From: Candidatus Fervidifonticultor sextus
GTDB taxonomy: Bacteria; Sysuimicrobiota; Sysuimicrobiia; Sysuimicrobiales; Humicultoraceae
Assembly: GCA_031459875.1 (NCBI GenBank)
Contig: JAVKHQ010000002.1
Location: forward strand, 41,965 to 105,964
Direction: 5' to 3'
Length of the DNA stretch: 64,000 nt
Shown here: piece by piece, positions 8,894 through 18,826 of the stretch
Position numbering within the stretch: position 1 is the stretch's first letter
How the letters are laid out: each line of letters begins with the position of its first letter
The notes under the pieces: model-generated
What the model was told of the DNA's origin: nothing
The model's input: only the letters and a program-made list of their open reading frames with translations
Database searches by the model: none
Made by a program: the position numbers and the translations under genes

Positions 8894-10306
8894 TTAGTTT
8901 ACGCAGCAGCTCATCCGTGAAATATCGCGGCGGAAGGCCTGCGCGGCGAGCTTGATCCCCTCGCTCAGCGTGGGAAAGACATGCACCGTGTCGATGAGAT
9001 CATCAACTGTCAGCCCAAACTTGACAGCCAGCGTCGCTTCGTGGATGAGGTCGGCCGCCATGGGCGCGACGACGTGGACCCCCAGGACCTGTGCAGTCTC
9101 CGGGTGGATCACCATCTTGATGAGCCCACGGATCTCCTTGATGACCTTGGCCTTTGAGATCTGGTCGATGCGCACCGTCCGACAGGCGCAGGCGTTGAAG
9201 CGCTTCATCGCTTGCTCCTCGGTGAGGCCGACGCCGGCGACCTGCGGGTTGGTGAACACCGCGTGGGGCACATGTTCGTAGTTAATGGATTTCTGAGATC
9301 CGGTGAGGGCGTTCTCGGCAGCCAGATAGCCTTCCTTGGCGGCTACGGTCTCGAGCTGCATCTTCCCCACGACGTCGCCGGCCGCGTAGATGGTCGGTAC
9401 CGTGGTCTGCAGCCAGTCGGTGACCTTAATGAAGCCGCCCCGGGTGACCGCAATGCCCGCCTTGTCGAGGCCGAGCCCGTCGGTATTGGGCGCCACGCCA
9501 GCCGCAAGCAGCAGGTGGGTTCCCCTGAACGTGCGGCGGCCCTGCTCCAACTTCACCTCGGCCACCTTGGTCCCATCGGCCTCCTGATGCACCCGCTCGA
9601 TCACCGCGGAGGTGTAAATCGCGATGCCCTCCTCCTCGAGCGATCGCTGCAGTTCTGCGGCGACCTCGGGCTCCTCGCGCGGCAGGACCTGCGGCATCAG
9701 CTCCAACACCGTCACCTCGGTGCCGAAGTGGGCGAAGAGTTGGGCGAATTCGAGACCAAGCGGCCCGGCCCCGACGACGATCAACGACCGGGGCAGTTCC
9801 AGCATGGTGAGCGCCGTCTGGTTGTCCAGCCACTCCACGCTGTCCAGACCCGGGATCGGCAGGCGCTTCGTCTGGGAACCGGTCGCCAGCACAATGCGGT
9901 TGCCCTGCAGGACTTCGCCGTTGACCTCCACCTCAGTGGGAGACCGCAGGCTGGCACGGCCTTCGATGTACTGGACTCCACTGAGCCCCTCGAGGACGTT
10001 GACGTAGTTGCTCTGGCGGTGGGCCGCAACCAGTTTGTCCTTCTCAAGGACCGCCGTCCGGAAGTCCACGCGTGGTCGGTGTGCGCCCGCGAGGGCCTCA
10101 AAGCGCGGGAACTGGGGATAGTAGTACTCGTCCCCGACTGTCAGGAGGAACTTGCTCGGCACGCAGCCGACGTTGACGCAGGTTCCTCCTATAGGAAGGC
10201 CCGCGTTGATCATCACCGCTGGGGCGCCGAGTTCGGACGCGCGCGTCGCCGCTGAGAAGGCTGCCGCCCCGCCGCCAACGATAATCAGATCGAAGCGCTC
10301 CATCAT
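8894..10306 (-). CDS. merA: Mercuric reductase without NmerA domain
   Basis: [29 protein letters not shown]-terminal MSCCVN. Confidence 0.92.
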   Translation of the reverse strand: MMERFDLIIVGGGAAAFSAATRASELGAPAVMINAGLPIGGTCVNVGCVPSKFLLTVGDEYYYPQFPRFEALAGAHRPRVDFRTAVLEKDKLVAAHRQSNYVNVLEGLSGVQYIEGRASLRSPTEVEVNGEVLQGNRIVLATGSQTKRLPIPGLDSVEWLDNQTALTMLELPRSLIVVGAGPLGLEFAQLFAHFGTEVTVLELMPQVLPREEPEVAAELQRSLEEEGIAIYTSAVIERVHQEADGTKVAEVKLEQGRRTFRGTHLLLAAGVAPNTDGLGLDKAGIAVTRGGFIKVTDWLQTTVPTIYAAGDVVGKMQLETVAAKEGYLAAENALTGSQKSINYEHVPHAVFTNPQVAGVGLTEEQAMKRFNACACRTVRIDQISKAKVIKEIRGLIKMVIHPETAQVLGVHVVAPMAADLIHEATLAVKFGLTVDDLIDTVHVFPTLSEGIKLAAQAFRRDISRMSCCVN

Positions 10307-10704
10307 GACCTCCTCCGTCGCCTGAGAGGCCTCCGTGCGAGCCGCCCTCGGTCAATAATCGTGCAGCTCTGGATCCGCTCGCAGTTATCTGCGACCAGCT
10401 CTTTGGCGATGGCCAGCAGCTTTCCCACCCGGCGGTCGCCGACACGGTAGAAGACCTGGCGCCCCTCCTGCCGCGTGGCCACATACCCGCACCACCGCAG
10501 GCAGGCCAGATGGCTGGACACACGACCCTGAGGAGCGCCGGTCAGCTCGACAAGGGCCGTGACGTTCTTCTCACTGTCCATGACGGCTTCCAGAATCCGA
10601 AGCCGGGTCGGATCTCCCAACGCCCGGAAGAACTTCGCGAGCAGCAGGTCTTCCGACAGCGCAGGGAGCACAAACGGGGCGGTCATCTGCTCACTCACTG
10701 CCAT
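10303..10704 (-). CDS. ArsR/SmtB metalloregulator, probable Hg sensor
   Basis: [27 protein letters not shown]-terminal CERIQSC; overlaps the merA start. Confidence 0.88.
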   Translation of the reverse strand: MAVSEQMTAPFVLPALSEDLLLAKFFRALGDPTRLRILEAVMDSEKNVTALVELTGAPQGRVSSHLACLRWCGYVATRQEGRQVFYRVGDRRVGKLLAIAKELVADNCERIQSCTIIDRGRLARRPLRRRRRS

Positions 10705-10728
10705 GGTGACACCCTCCTTCGTTGCGGC

Positions 10729-11454
10729 CTAAGAGCCGAGTCCCGGCAGAATGCGGCTCGTTGTGAACTGGTAGTAGATGAGATAAGCCCCGGCGGCGAC
10801 CATGCCGAAGCCCCCTGCCCATCGGACGCAGGGCACCAGAGCGCGCAGGGACTGTGCCAGCAGCCCGCGTCCAATTCCTGCGGCAGTCGATAACGCCAGG
10901 AGCACCAGGCCCATCCCCAGCCCGTAGGTCAGGAACACGACCAGACCCGGCACGAATCCCCCGGCTGCCAGCGCCTGCGTCGTCACGATGAGGAAGACCG
11001 GCAACGTGCATCCTAGGGACGCTAGGCCGTAGCCAGCCCCGAACAGATAGAACGCTCGGTACCCTCTTGCGCGCATGACCGAGGACCGGCGCTCGGCGGG
11101 ATTCGGCACGGCCAGGCCGATTTGCCACCGCGGCCGGACCAGCATGGCAGCACCGGCGCCCACCACGACCGCTCCAATGACCAGCCCCAGCCAGGGGATG
11201 TAGCGCGTCATCGCCACGCCGGCTGCAGAGATCAGCGCGCCGGTCAGCAGAAAGACCGTCAGCACACCCGTGGTCATCCCGAGACCGACCCCCACCCCGC
11301 GGAGAACATCGCCCGGCACGTTGGAGTCATTGCCCGTCCGGCCCACGAAGTACGTGAGGTAGGCAGGCAACATGGCGAATCCACACGGGTTGAGCGTGGC
11401 CACCATCCCCGCTGAGAACGCCCATGGAACCAGCGAGAAGAGATTCTCCATCAC
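10729..11454 (-). CDS. CcdA/DsbD-like membrane protein in the mer cluster
   Basis: AGMVATLNPCGFAMLPAY, ASLGCTLPVF, YGLGMG. Confidence 0.85.
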   Translation of the reverse strand: MMENLFSLVPWAFSAGMVATLNPCGFAMLPAYLTYFVGRTGNDSNVPGDVLRGVGVGLGMTTGVLTVFLLTGALISAAGVAMTRYIPWLGLVIGAVVVGAGAAMLVRPRWQIGLAVPNPAERRSSVMRARGYRAFYLFGAGYGLASLGCTLPVFLIVTTQALAAGGFVPGLVVFLTYGLGMGLVLLALSTAAGIGRGLLAQSLRALVPCVRWAGGFGMVAAGAYLIYYQFTTSRILPGLGS

Positions 11455-12038
11455 AGGATCTGCGCGATCAGGCGCCGCAGGGTCTCCTGGTCCAGGAACC
11501 CCTGCCAGCGCGCGCGCACGACGCCCTGCCGATCGACGAAGAGGGTCGTCGGCATACTGCGGAGGTGCAGGATCTTCACCACAGTGTGGCCGCTGGGATC
11601 GTAGACCGTGGGATACGTGATGCGCAGCTTGTCCACCATCCAGCGCAGCGAGTCCTCAGAATCCAGGACGCCGATCCCGAGGACTTGAAGCCCCTGCGCC
11701 TTATGGTCCTGAAAGGCGCGCTGTATGCGCGGGATCTCCGCCCAGCAAGACGCGCACCACGACGCAAAGAAGTTGACCACCGCGGGTTTCCCCTTCAGAT
11801 CGGCGGCAGAGAACGTCCCGCCCCCCAGGGCGGGAAGGCTGAAGGCGGGCAGCAGATCGGCCGTTGCCGCGGCGGACCCCGTTGCAGCAATGGGAAGGGG
11901 TGATTGCGCGATCGATTGTGGGCGCCCTGCCGACCGGGTAAAGAGGACAACCCCAACGGCCGCCACGATACCCGCAGCCACCAGGATCCCGAGCGCCTTC
12001 GTCATCCGTAAACCCACTTGACGACCCCGGTCCTTCAT
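11451..12038 (-). CDS. TlpA/ResA-like membrane-anchored thioredoxin
   Basis: N-terminal TM; VVNFFASWCASC; MPTTLFVDRQG. Confidence 0.88.
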   Translation of the reverse strand: MKDRGRQVGLRMTKALGILVAAGIVAAVGVVLFTRSAGRPQSIAQSPLPIAATGSAAATADLLPAFSLPALGGGTFSAADLKGKPAVVNFFASWCASCWAEIPRIQRAFQDHKAQGLQVLGIGVLDSEDSLRWMVDKLRITYPTVYDPSGHTVVKILHLRSMPTTLFVDRQGVVRARWQGFLDQETLRRLIAQIL

Positions 12039-12082
12039 GGCACCCCTCCTGACCGTAGCACTGCTATGCGCTGATCGTCTGT

Positions 12083-12271
12083 CTACAGCATGCGCTTGCG
12101 CCGGGCGACCCTGTAGGCGGCATAGGCAATACCTCCGAGGCCGACTGCGATCAGCGCGATCTCTCCAAGGAGAAGCCCGGCCCCGATGCTGACGCCCGAA
12201 ATGAGGAGGATGGGCAGCGCGCAGCAAAACCCCAGAAATGCGGCAGTGAGCATCGCTTCTCTGGCATTCAC
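12083..12271 (-). CDS. Small two-TM Cys-Cys protein, MerT/MerF/MerE-like transporter
   Basis: FCCALPILL in TM1, second TM, basic tail; within the mer cluster. Confidence 0.7.
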   Translation of the reverse strand: MNAREAMLTAAFLGFCCALPILLISGVSIGAGLLLGEIALIAVGLGGIAYAAYRVARRKRML

Positions 12272-13206
12272 CGCGGATTCCCCCCTCCAGGCAGTGCGGC
12301 TGACCGATCCGTTCGAGCGAACCAGATGCGATCGGGCGTGCTGGAGTTCCGGTCAGCCGTCCCGACAGCGGCGAGCCACGGGCCGTCCAGTTGAAGCCCG
12401 AGCACGGTGCCGGGCATCGTGCCTCGCCAGCGAGCCCTGTCGGAGGGCGTACGGACAACCACATTCGGACCAATGGCGACCGCGATCTCCCCACGGGGCG
12501 ACCCGGCGACAAAGACCGGACCCTGAGCATCCGTCCAGCGTCCCTGCAGGGCGCCTGACAGGCTGACCACGGCCCCCACGCGGCCGCGGAAGTCGCTGAC
12601 AACGATCGATCCACCGGCGGCTTGCAAAATCGGCACCGCCGTCGGACCAAGCGATAGGGACCATCGGCGGCGTCCGGTGCGCGCGTCGATGCCCGTCAAT
12701 TGGAGGTCGCCGGCGGTGGTTTTCTGGGCTATCGCCAGCAGGCCCCCAGGGAAGAAGGCCAGATCCGCGTAGCGGGTTCCGGCGAGTGGTACCTGGCGAA
12801 GCAGCCGGCCGGTCCTGGCGTCGAAAATAGCCACCGCCTGAGAGCTCGCAGCGGCAGCGAGCCCGTCGGCGGAAAGGGCGACGGCCGTGACGTTGCGATG
12901 GGGCGCCCGCCACTGGACGCCATCGGCCTGCACCGCCACGACCTCGTGCTCTAACGAACCAGGGCGGACCCGCACCACGCCCGCGAGGAACTGCTCCCCG
13001 GCCGCCACCGCATCAAGGGTGACCCCATCGAGCTCCACGCGCTTCGACGTGCCTCCGCTCAGCGAGATCAGCAGCAGTTCGTCGCCGCTGGCAAAGACCT
13101 GGCGGCCCCTGAGGAGAAAGCCGACCGCCGGAGTCCCACAGCAGTTGCTGTTGCGATACTCTGCGGACCAGATCTCCCGTGCCGATCGTACATGGAAGCG
13201 GTCTCC
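12268..13206 (-). pseudogene. Beta-propeller (PQQ-like repeat) protein, 5'-truncated
   Basis: Repeats AVALSADG, FDARTGRLL, IDARTGRRRW; the frame is open upstream of GTG 13038 to a TAG at 13207-13209 and includes NCCGTP. Confidence 0.6.
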
Positions 13207-13268
13207 CTACCACAGTCGCGCGTGCTCTTCCGACCGGAAGAAGTTGTTCTAACCTCAGCCTCCGTCCC
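13207..13268 (-). pseudogene. C-terminal remnant of a MerB-like alkylmercury lyase with TGA at the catalytic Cys position
   Basis: DGG-TGA-G-TAG-NNFFRSEEHARLW-TAG resembles the MerB Cxx(V/M)xFFxS region; hairpin TCTTCC-GGTC-GGAAGA follows the TGA. Confidence 0.5.
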
Positions 13269-13730
13269 GGTAGAGATCCGGGATTTACCTGTGCCAAAGG
13301 AGCTCTTCGAGCGTCCAGGGGTGATCGGTGAGGCGCGCGGCCATGGTCGGGGTGCGGTGACGCCACCGGCGCTGCGATGCGCCGTCAGGCATCGCGATCC
13401 GGAGGGCCCCGTGGGGTCAGGCGAAGTTGTCGTAGGCATCGATGAAGTCCAGAGCTTGCTGCAAGGGCCGACGTTTCTTGGAAAAGCCGAGCGTCTTGCG
13501 GGCGATCCGGCGGACTTCCTGCCGCAGGGTCAAGTCTCCAGCAGCACCTCGGCATACGGCCGGAAGGCACCTAGGGTGAACAGGGGCAGGGTACCGTCCA
13601 GACAGCGACGGATCCGCTGGAACAGGCGCCGTGCGCTGTAGAGGTTGCGATTGCCGACGATCGACGCCAACCGCAGGCGGTAGTGGGGGGCCACAGCCCG
13701 CCGGATCCAAGTACTGCCTACGCTGCGCCC
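13269..13730 (-). mobile_element. Degenerate IS1-family element (right end plus transposase fragments)
   Basis: Fragments WIRRAVAPHYRLRLASIVGNR, LTLRQEVRRIARKTLGFSKK, RTPTMAARLTDHPWTLEELL; putative terminal IR GGTAGAGATCCGGG at 13269. Confidence 0.75.
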
Positions 13731-13785
13731 GCGGCCAGAGGAGACGGGTAACGGCGCTGCGGGCTTATCGCTCCAGGGGAATTTT

Positions 13786-14462
13786 GGCCTCACCACCACG
13801 CGGCCGGGGAGTCTGCTCAAGCCGCACATCCCCATCCGCTCCTTCGCCCAGTGGGATGAGCACCGCCCCGGTTTTATCGAAATGGATCTCGTGGGTCTTC
13901 ACCGCACTCACCACGATCCGCGACCAGCTCCCCTTCCCCCTGCTGGGCCTCGACGCCGACAACGACAACGCCTTCATCAACGCCCACCTGATCGCCTATT
14001 GCCGTGCCGAGCACCTCACCTTCACCCGAGCCCGTGAGTACCGGAAGAATGACCAGGCCTACGTCGAGGAACGGAACGGCGCGGTCATCCGCCGCGTCAT
14101 CGGCTATGATCGCTATGAGGGCGAGCCGGCGACCGCGGCCCTCAATGCCGTCTACGAGGTCCTCCGCCTCTGGATCAACTTCTTCCAACCGTCCATGCGA
14201 CTCATCGCCAGGCAGCGCGTCGGCACGAAAGTCCACAAGCGCTACGATCAGGCCAGGACCCCTTACCAGCGAGTCCTCGACTCGCCCACCGTCTTGGCAG
14301 CAGACAAGCAGGCGCTCCGAGACCTCTACCTCACCCTCAATCCCATCAGCATCCGGGACGAGCTCGACCACCGGCTGCAGAGGCTCTGGGCCCTCCGCTC
14401 AGAGTAAGATCTACGATGAGTCAACAGGTCCACGGAGAGTAAGGTTTTCAGATGAGTCAACA
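13786..14462 (+). mobile_element. Truncated DDE/integrase-core transposase with its right end
   Basis: TTRPGSLLKPHIPIR...PGFIEMDLV, then shifted frame LPFPLLGLDADND...FIN, YRKNDQAYVEERNG, NFFQPS, YDQARTPYQR. Confidence 0.8.
14401..14462 (+). repeat. Two tandem terminal repeats, probable transposase-binding sites
   Basis: AGAGTAAG-N6-GATGAGTCAACA (14401-14426) and AGAGTAAG-N7-GATGAGTCAACA (14436-14462). Confidence 0.8.
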
Positions 14463-14533
14463 CCAATCACCGCCTGACCTGCCTCAGCGGCGTGAGTGGG
14501 GTGGGCCGGGCTGACTGTGCGCCTGCAGACCCG

Positions 14534-15976
14534 TCAATACGCCCGGGCGTAGTAAACCGTCGCCGTCGCCGCCTGCCCGCAGGCCGGGCAGGACCCTACC
14601 GGCACATCATCCAGCGGGATGACCCGGGGCGAGGCGCCGGTGCGGTCGCGGACGGCATCTTCGCAGGCCTGCGCGCCGCACCAGCCGGTCCGTATGAACC
14701 CCCGCCGGTCCCGGATCGCGTCCTCAATCTGGTCCAGCGTCTCCGCCGCCACGATGTGCGCGTCGAGGAAGGCCCTGGCCCGCGCGAAGTAGGTGCGCTG
14801 CACGTCGTCCAGCGCCGCGGCCACGGCCCGCTCGATACCGTCTGCCGCCACCGTCTCTTTCCGGCCGTCGGGGCGTCGGACCAGCACGACCTGGCCTGCC
14901 GCCACATCCCGCGGCCCAACTTCCAGGCGGAGCGGGACCCCTCGCATCTCCCAGTCGTTGAACTTCCAGCCCGGCGTGTACTCGTCGCGGTCGTCCAGGC
15001 GCACGCGCGCCACGGACTTCAGCCGGCCGGCGAGATCGCGGGCGGCGGCCAGCACCCGCTCCGTGTCCTTCCCCAGGATCGGCACGATGACCACCTGGAT
15101 CGGCGCGATACGCGGCGGCAGGCTCAGGCCCCGGTCGTCGCCGTGGGCCATCACCAGCGAGCCGATCAGGCGGGTGGTCACGGCCCAGGAGGTGGTCCAG
15201 ACATACTTCTCGGTGTTGTCACGGTCGAGGAACTTCACCCCGAAGGCCCTGGCGAAGTTCTGCCCGAGGAAGTGGCTCGTGCCCGCCTGGATGGCCTGCC
15301 GGTCCGGCATGAGGGCTTCCAGGGTGTACGTCCAGTCGGCTCCGGCGAACTTCTCCGACGGCGGCTTGCGCCCCACTAGCACCGGGATCGCCAGGACTTC
15401 CTCCAGCAGCTCCCGGTAGATTTCCAGGATCAGCCGGCACTCCCGGTCGGCCTCTTCCAGGGTGGCGTGCGCGGTGTGACCCTCGTGCCAGAGGAACTCC
15501 GCAGTCCGCAGGAACAGTCGCGTCGCCTTCTCCCACCGCACCACGTTGTTCCACTGCAGCAGCAGGATGGGCAGGTCCCGGTAGGACTGGATCCACCTGG
15601 CGTACATGGGCATGATGATGGCTTCCGACGTCGGCCGCACCGCCAGCCGCTCGGCCAGTGCCTCCGCGCCGCCGTGGGTCACCCAGGCCACCTGCGGGGC
15701 GAAGCCCTCGACGTGCTCGGCCTCTTTCTTGAGCAGCGACTCGGGGACGAACAGCGGGAAGTAGGCGGTGACGTGGCCGGTGGCCTTGAAGCGCTCGTCC
15801 AGCCAGCGCTGGATGCCCTCCCACAGCGCGTATCCGTAGGGCCGGATGACCATGCACCCGCGCACCGGCGAGTAGTCGGCCAGTTCGGCCTTGAGGACGA
15901 CGGCGGTGTACCAATCCGAGAACTGCTCGGATTTGCTGGGGATCTCCCTGACGAACGCCTGGGTCTCAGAGGACAT
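14534..15976 (-). CDS. proS: Proline--tRNA ligase, archaeal/eukaryote-like type
   Basis: VRGCMVIRPYG, RPTSE, FLRTAEFLWHEGHT, QAGTSHFLGQNF, C-terminal ARAY. Confidence 0.96.
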   Translation of the reverse strand: MSSETQAFVREIPSKSEQFSDWYTAVVLKAELADYSPVRGCMVIRPYGYALWEGIQRWLDERFKATGHVTAYFPLFVPESLLKKEAEHVEGFAPQVAWVTHGGAEALAERLAVRPTSEAIIMPMYARWIQSYRDLPILLLQWNNVVRWEKATRLFLRTAEFLWHEGHTAHATLEEADRECRLILEIYRELLEEVLAIPVLVGRKPPSEKFAGADWTYTLEALMPDRQAIQAGTSHFLGQNFARAFGVKFLDRDNTEKYVWTTSWAVTTRLIGSLVMAHGDDRGLSLPPRIAPIQVVIVPILGKDTERVLAAARDLAGRLKSVARVRLDDRDEYTPGWKFNDWEMRGVPLRLEVGPRDVAAGQVVLVRRPDGRKETVAADGIERAVAAALDDVQRTYFARARAFLDAHIVAAETLDQIEDAIRDRRGFIRTGWCGAQACEDAVRDRTGASPRVIPLDDVPVGSCPACGQAATATVYYARAY

Positions 15977-16115
15977 GATCCGCTCCCGCCTGAGGGTTCG
16001 GGGATTATCCTAGCATACTCCCGCCGGACTTCACGGACGCGCGCGGTGGGCCGCTGAGGCCCCGGTGGGAGTGCTGCGCGAGAGGCGGGACCCACCCCGC
16101 GGAGAACCGTTCCCG

Positions 16116-17672
16116 CTATCGTCCCTCCAGCCATGTGTTCCAGAAGGCGTGACCCGGCTGGCCGGTGTAGCCCTTGAGCTCCTTCCGATGGAGGTGCAGC
16201 AGGAAGTAGTCGCCGTACTTGATGGCCGGGACCTCCTCCCAGAACAGTCGCTGGGCGCGCTGCCAGATCTCCATGCGCACCTTCGGGTCGGTGTGCCGCT
16301 GGAGCAGGGTCATCATGCCCTGCATGTCGCGGCTCTCGTACCAGCCCGGCCAGGTGGGGTTGAGGACGAGGACCTGCGTGGGATCGGGAAAGGTGAGTTG
16401 CGCGGTGTTGAGGGCATCCCACAGCTCAGGGCGCGTCCGGCGCGAGATGAGCGTCGCCCAATCCACGACCTGGAAGTCGAAGACGAACCCGGCGCGTTCC
16501 AGCATCGGCTTGGCGATCTGCGCGGAGATCCCGTAGGCCTGGTACTCCATGGTGGTCATCCACTTGATGGGCTCCCCGCGGTAGCCGGCCTCCGCCAGCA
16601 ACTGCCGCGCCCGCTCGGGGTTGCGCTGGTGGTAGTGCTCGCGGCCCACGTCGGTCCACATGTAGTGCGGCTTCGGCAGCAGGGCCGGGTCGAGGCGCCA
16701 GAACCGCGGGTGGCCGAAGGTGCCCCGCATGATCGCCTCCATGTCGAGGGCGGCCAGCCAGGCCTGCCGCATCTTGGGGTTGACAAAGGGACCCGTCCGC
16801 TTGTTGAAGACCGTCGTCAGCCACAGCGGCACGGGCGGGACGAACGGCACCAGGTTCGGGTCGGCCTGGAGGCGCGGGAACTCGTCCTGGGGCACGCTGT
16901 CGGCGAAGTGGTAGTCACCCCGAATCACCCCCGCGATGCGGACGGCGACGTCGGGCACCGGCACGAAGATGAGCGTGTCGAGGTAGGCCACCTTCCGTCC
17001 GGTGAACCCGTCGGGCGCCTCGCTGCGCGCGCTGTAGCCGTCGAAGCGGTCCAGCCGGACGTGCCGGTCGGGGAGGTGTTCCACAAACCTGTACGGTCCG
17101 GTGCCGATATACCGGCGGATGGGGCCGGCTCCCGCTTCCTCGATCACCTCCTTCGGGTAGATGACCGCCCCCTGGAGGGAGAACCCCAGGTCGACCAGGA
17201 TCGGACCATAGGGTTCCTTGAGGGTGAGAACCACAGTGTGCGGATCCGGCGCGCCGAGCGAGCGGACCACCGAGAACAGGGCGCGGCCGCGCGTTGCGAG
17301 CCGTCCCCAGCGGGTCAGCGAGGCCACCACATCGTCACTGGTCAGGTCGCGGCCGTGGTGGAAGCGGACGCCGCGGCGCAAGGTGAAGGTGTAGGTCAGT
17401 CGATCCGGGCTCGCTTTCCAGGTATCGACCAGCATGGGACGGGGTTCGAACGTGCTGGTGAGCGCGAACAGGCCTTCATAGACGTGGAGCATGATGTCCC
17501 CGACGATCACGGCGGTCGTCAGGTGCAGGTCAAGGGTCGGGGGTTCCCCGATGTGGGCCATGCGGAAGACCCCGCCGCGTCGGGGCTGGGCCTCCCCTGA
17601 GGTCATCGGAACCGCCGCCAGGATCATGGCGAGCAGGCCCGCGCAAAGGTAGCGCGCTGCGCGTCCCATCAC
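16116..17672 (-). CDS. ABC transporter substrate-binding protein, family 5 (peptide/nickel)
   Basis: EPPTLD, YTFTLRRGVRFHHG, IGTGPYRF; no cognate permease adjacent. Confidence 0.9.
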   Translation of the reverse strand: MMGRAARYLCAGLLAMILAAVPMTSGEAQPRRGGVFRMAHIGEPPTLDLHLTTAVIVGDIMLHVYEGLFALTSTFEPRPMLVDTWKASPDRLTYTFTLRRGVRFHHGRDLTSDDVVASLTRWGRLATRGRALFSVVRSLGAPDPHTVVLTLKEPYGPILVDLGFSLQGAVIYPKEVIEEAGAGPIRRYIGTGPYRFVEHLPDRHVRLDRFDGYSARSEAPDGFTGRKVAYLDTLIFVPVPDVAVRIAGVIRGDYHFADSVPQDEFPRLQADPNLVPFVPPVPLWLTTVFNKRTGPFVNPKMRQAWLAALDMEAIMRGTFGHPRFWRLDPALLPKPHYMWTDVGREHYHQRNPERARQLLAEAGYRGEPIKWMTTMEYQAYGISAQIAKPMLERAGFVFDFQVVDWATLISRRTRPELWDALNTAQLTFPDPTQVLVLNPTWPGWYESRDMQGMMTLLQRHTDPKVRMEIWQRAQRLFWEEVPAIKYGDYFLLHLHRKELKGYTGQPGHAFWNTWLEGR

Positions 17673-17704
17673 GATCTCCTTTCAGTCCCTCTGGATTCGC
17701 CCCG

Positions 17705-18142
17705 TCACGCCGGCATGCGGTCGAAGGCGGGCCCCTGCCCGTTCAGGCCGGCCTGGGCCGCCAGGCGCTCCGCCGTGGCCGTTCCGTGGTTGATGGCGCG
17801 GACCCGGCCGTCGGGGCCGATCACCACCGTGCTGGGCACGGTCAGGATCCCGAAGCGCTCGACGAGGGCCTCGTACTCCAGCGCATCCACGTCCCGCACC
17901 ACGACGCGCCCGGGGTACTGCCGGGCCAGGGCGTCGAGGGCGGGGCGCTGGATCATCTTGCAGGGCGCACAGTCGGGAGCCGAGAAGGACAGGACCAGCG
18001 CGCCGGCCTGCGCCGCGCCGAAGGTCTCCACCACGTCGTGGGCGCGGGCGCCCATGACCCGCCGCCGCCGCCACGCAAGCCACAGCCACACCGCCCCCAC
18101 CGCGGCCAGCACGATCACGAGGGCTGCAACCGGCGCGCTCAT
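17705..18142 (-). CDS. Membrane-anchored thioredoxin (ThiX-like)
   Basis: N-terminal TM; FSAPDCAPC; ILTVPSTVV. Confidence 0.85.
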   Translation of the reverse strand: MSAPVAALVIVLAAVGAVWLWLAWRRRRVMGARAHDVVETFGAAQAGALVLSFSAPDCAPCKMIQRPALDALARQYPGRVVVRDVDALEYEALVERFGILTVPSTVVIGPDGRVRAINHGTATAERLAAQAGLNGQGPAFDRMPA

Positions 18143-18151
18143 GGCGGTCCC

Positions 18152-18598
18152 CTACGCGCCCTCGGGACGGCGGGGCAGCCACCCGCGCCGGGAGAGCTGG
18201 TAGTACACGAAGCACCCCGCGCAGAACCCGACCGTGACGTTGAGAAGCGCGAGGGCCGCCACCAGGCCGGCCAGCACCCAGCCCAGCGTGGACACGCCGG
18301 CGAAGAGCGCCAGGGTGGATGCCGCCAGGACCGCCGCGCCGACCCCCTGCGCGAAGCGGTGGGGCGCCGGGTCGTCGGGGATGATGCGTGGCCGGGCCAG
18401 GCGCAACGGCACCGCCACGCGATGATAGAGTAGCCGAAACAGGCTCCTCGTCGGCGACGCCGCACTGGTGGCCAGCGCCGCGGTCAGGAACGCGATCAGC
18501 CAGGGCGCCTGCAGCGCGCCGGCGACCACGACCCAGACCGCGATGACGAGCTGGGCGAACTTGATGGCTGTCTGATCGACCGTCAATCCCTGCGCCAT
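18152..18598 (-). CDS. DUF4395 family membrane protein
   Basis: DPAPHRFAQGVG, LNVTVGFCAGCFVY. Confidence 0.88.
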   Translation of the reverse strand: MAQGLTVDQTAIKFAQLVIAVWVVVAGALQAPWLIAFLTAALATSAASPTRSLFRLLYHRVAVPLRLARPRIIPDDPAPHRFAQGVGAAVLAASTLALFAGVSTLGWVLAGLVAALALLNVTVGFCAGCFVYYQLSRRGWLPRRPEGA

Positions 18599-18716
18599 GA
18601 TGCACTCTCCTCCGTCCTCTCGGCCAGACTGCGCAGAGCCGGTGCGGAGGCTCGTGCCGGGCGCCTGCGATCAGGGTGCGATGTAGGGCGGAGCTACCAG
18701 CGGGCGGGGTGGACGA

Positions 18717-18812
18717 TCAGGCGAAGGCGCCAGGCTGCCTCCGCCGTGGACAGATGCACTGTCGCGGGGTGTAGGGGCTGTGGGCCCGTCGAGTCCACAG
18801 GATGATCTTCAT
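18717..18812 (-). CDS. Putative Cys-containing leader peptide MKIILWTRRAHSPYTPRQCICPRRRQPGAFA
   Basis: 31-aa ORF with GAGG RBS directly after a TTGACA-17-CATAGT promoter, upstream of DUF4395-thioredoxin. Confidence 0.6.
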   Translation of the reverse strand: MKIILWTRRAHSPYTPRQCICPRRRQPGAFA

Positions 18813-18826
18813 CGTCCTCGTCAAGA

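Noticed and set aside
15977..16115. T-box upstream of proS; imperfect palindrome GGGATTATCCT/AGCATACTCCC at 16001-16022
   Set aside because: No AAGGTGGxACC-type T-box motif and too little room; the palindrome coincides with a probable extended -10 and has no other support
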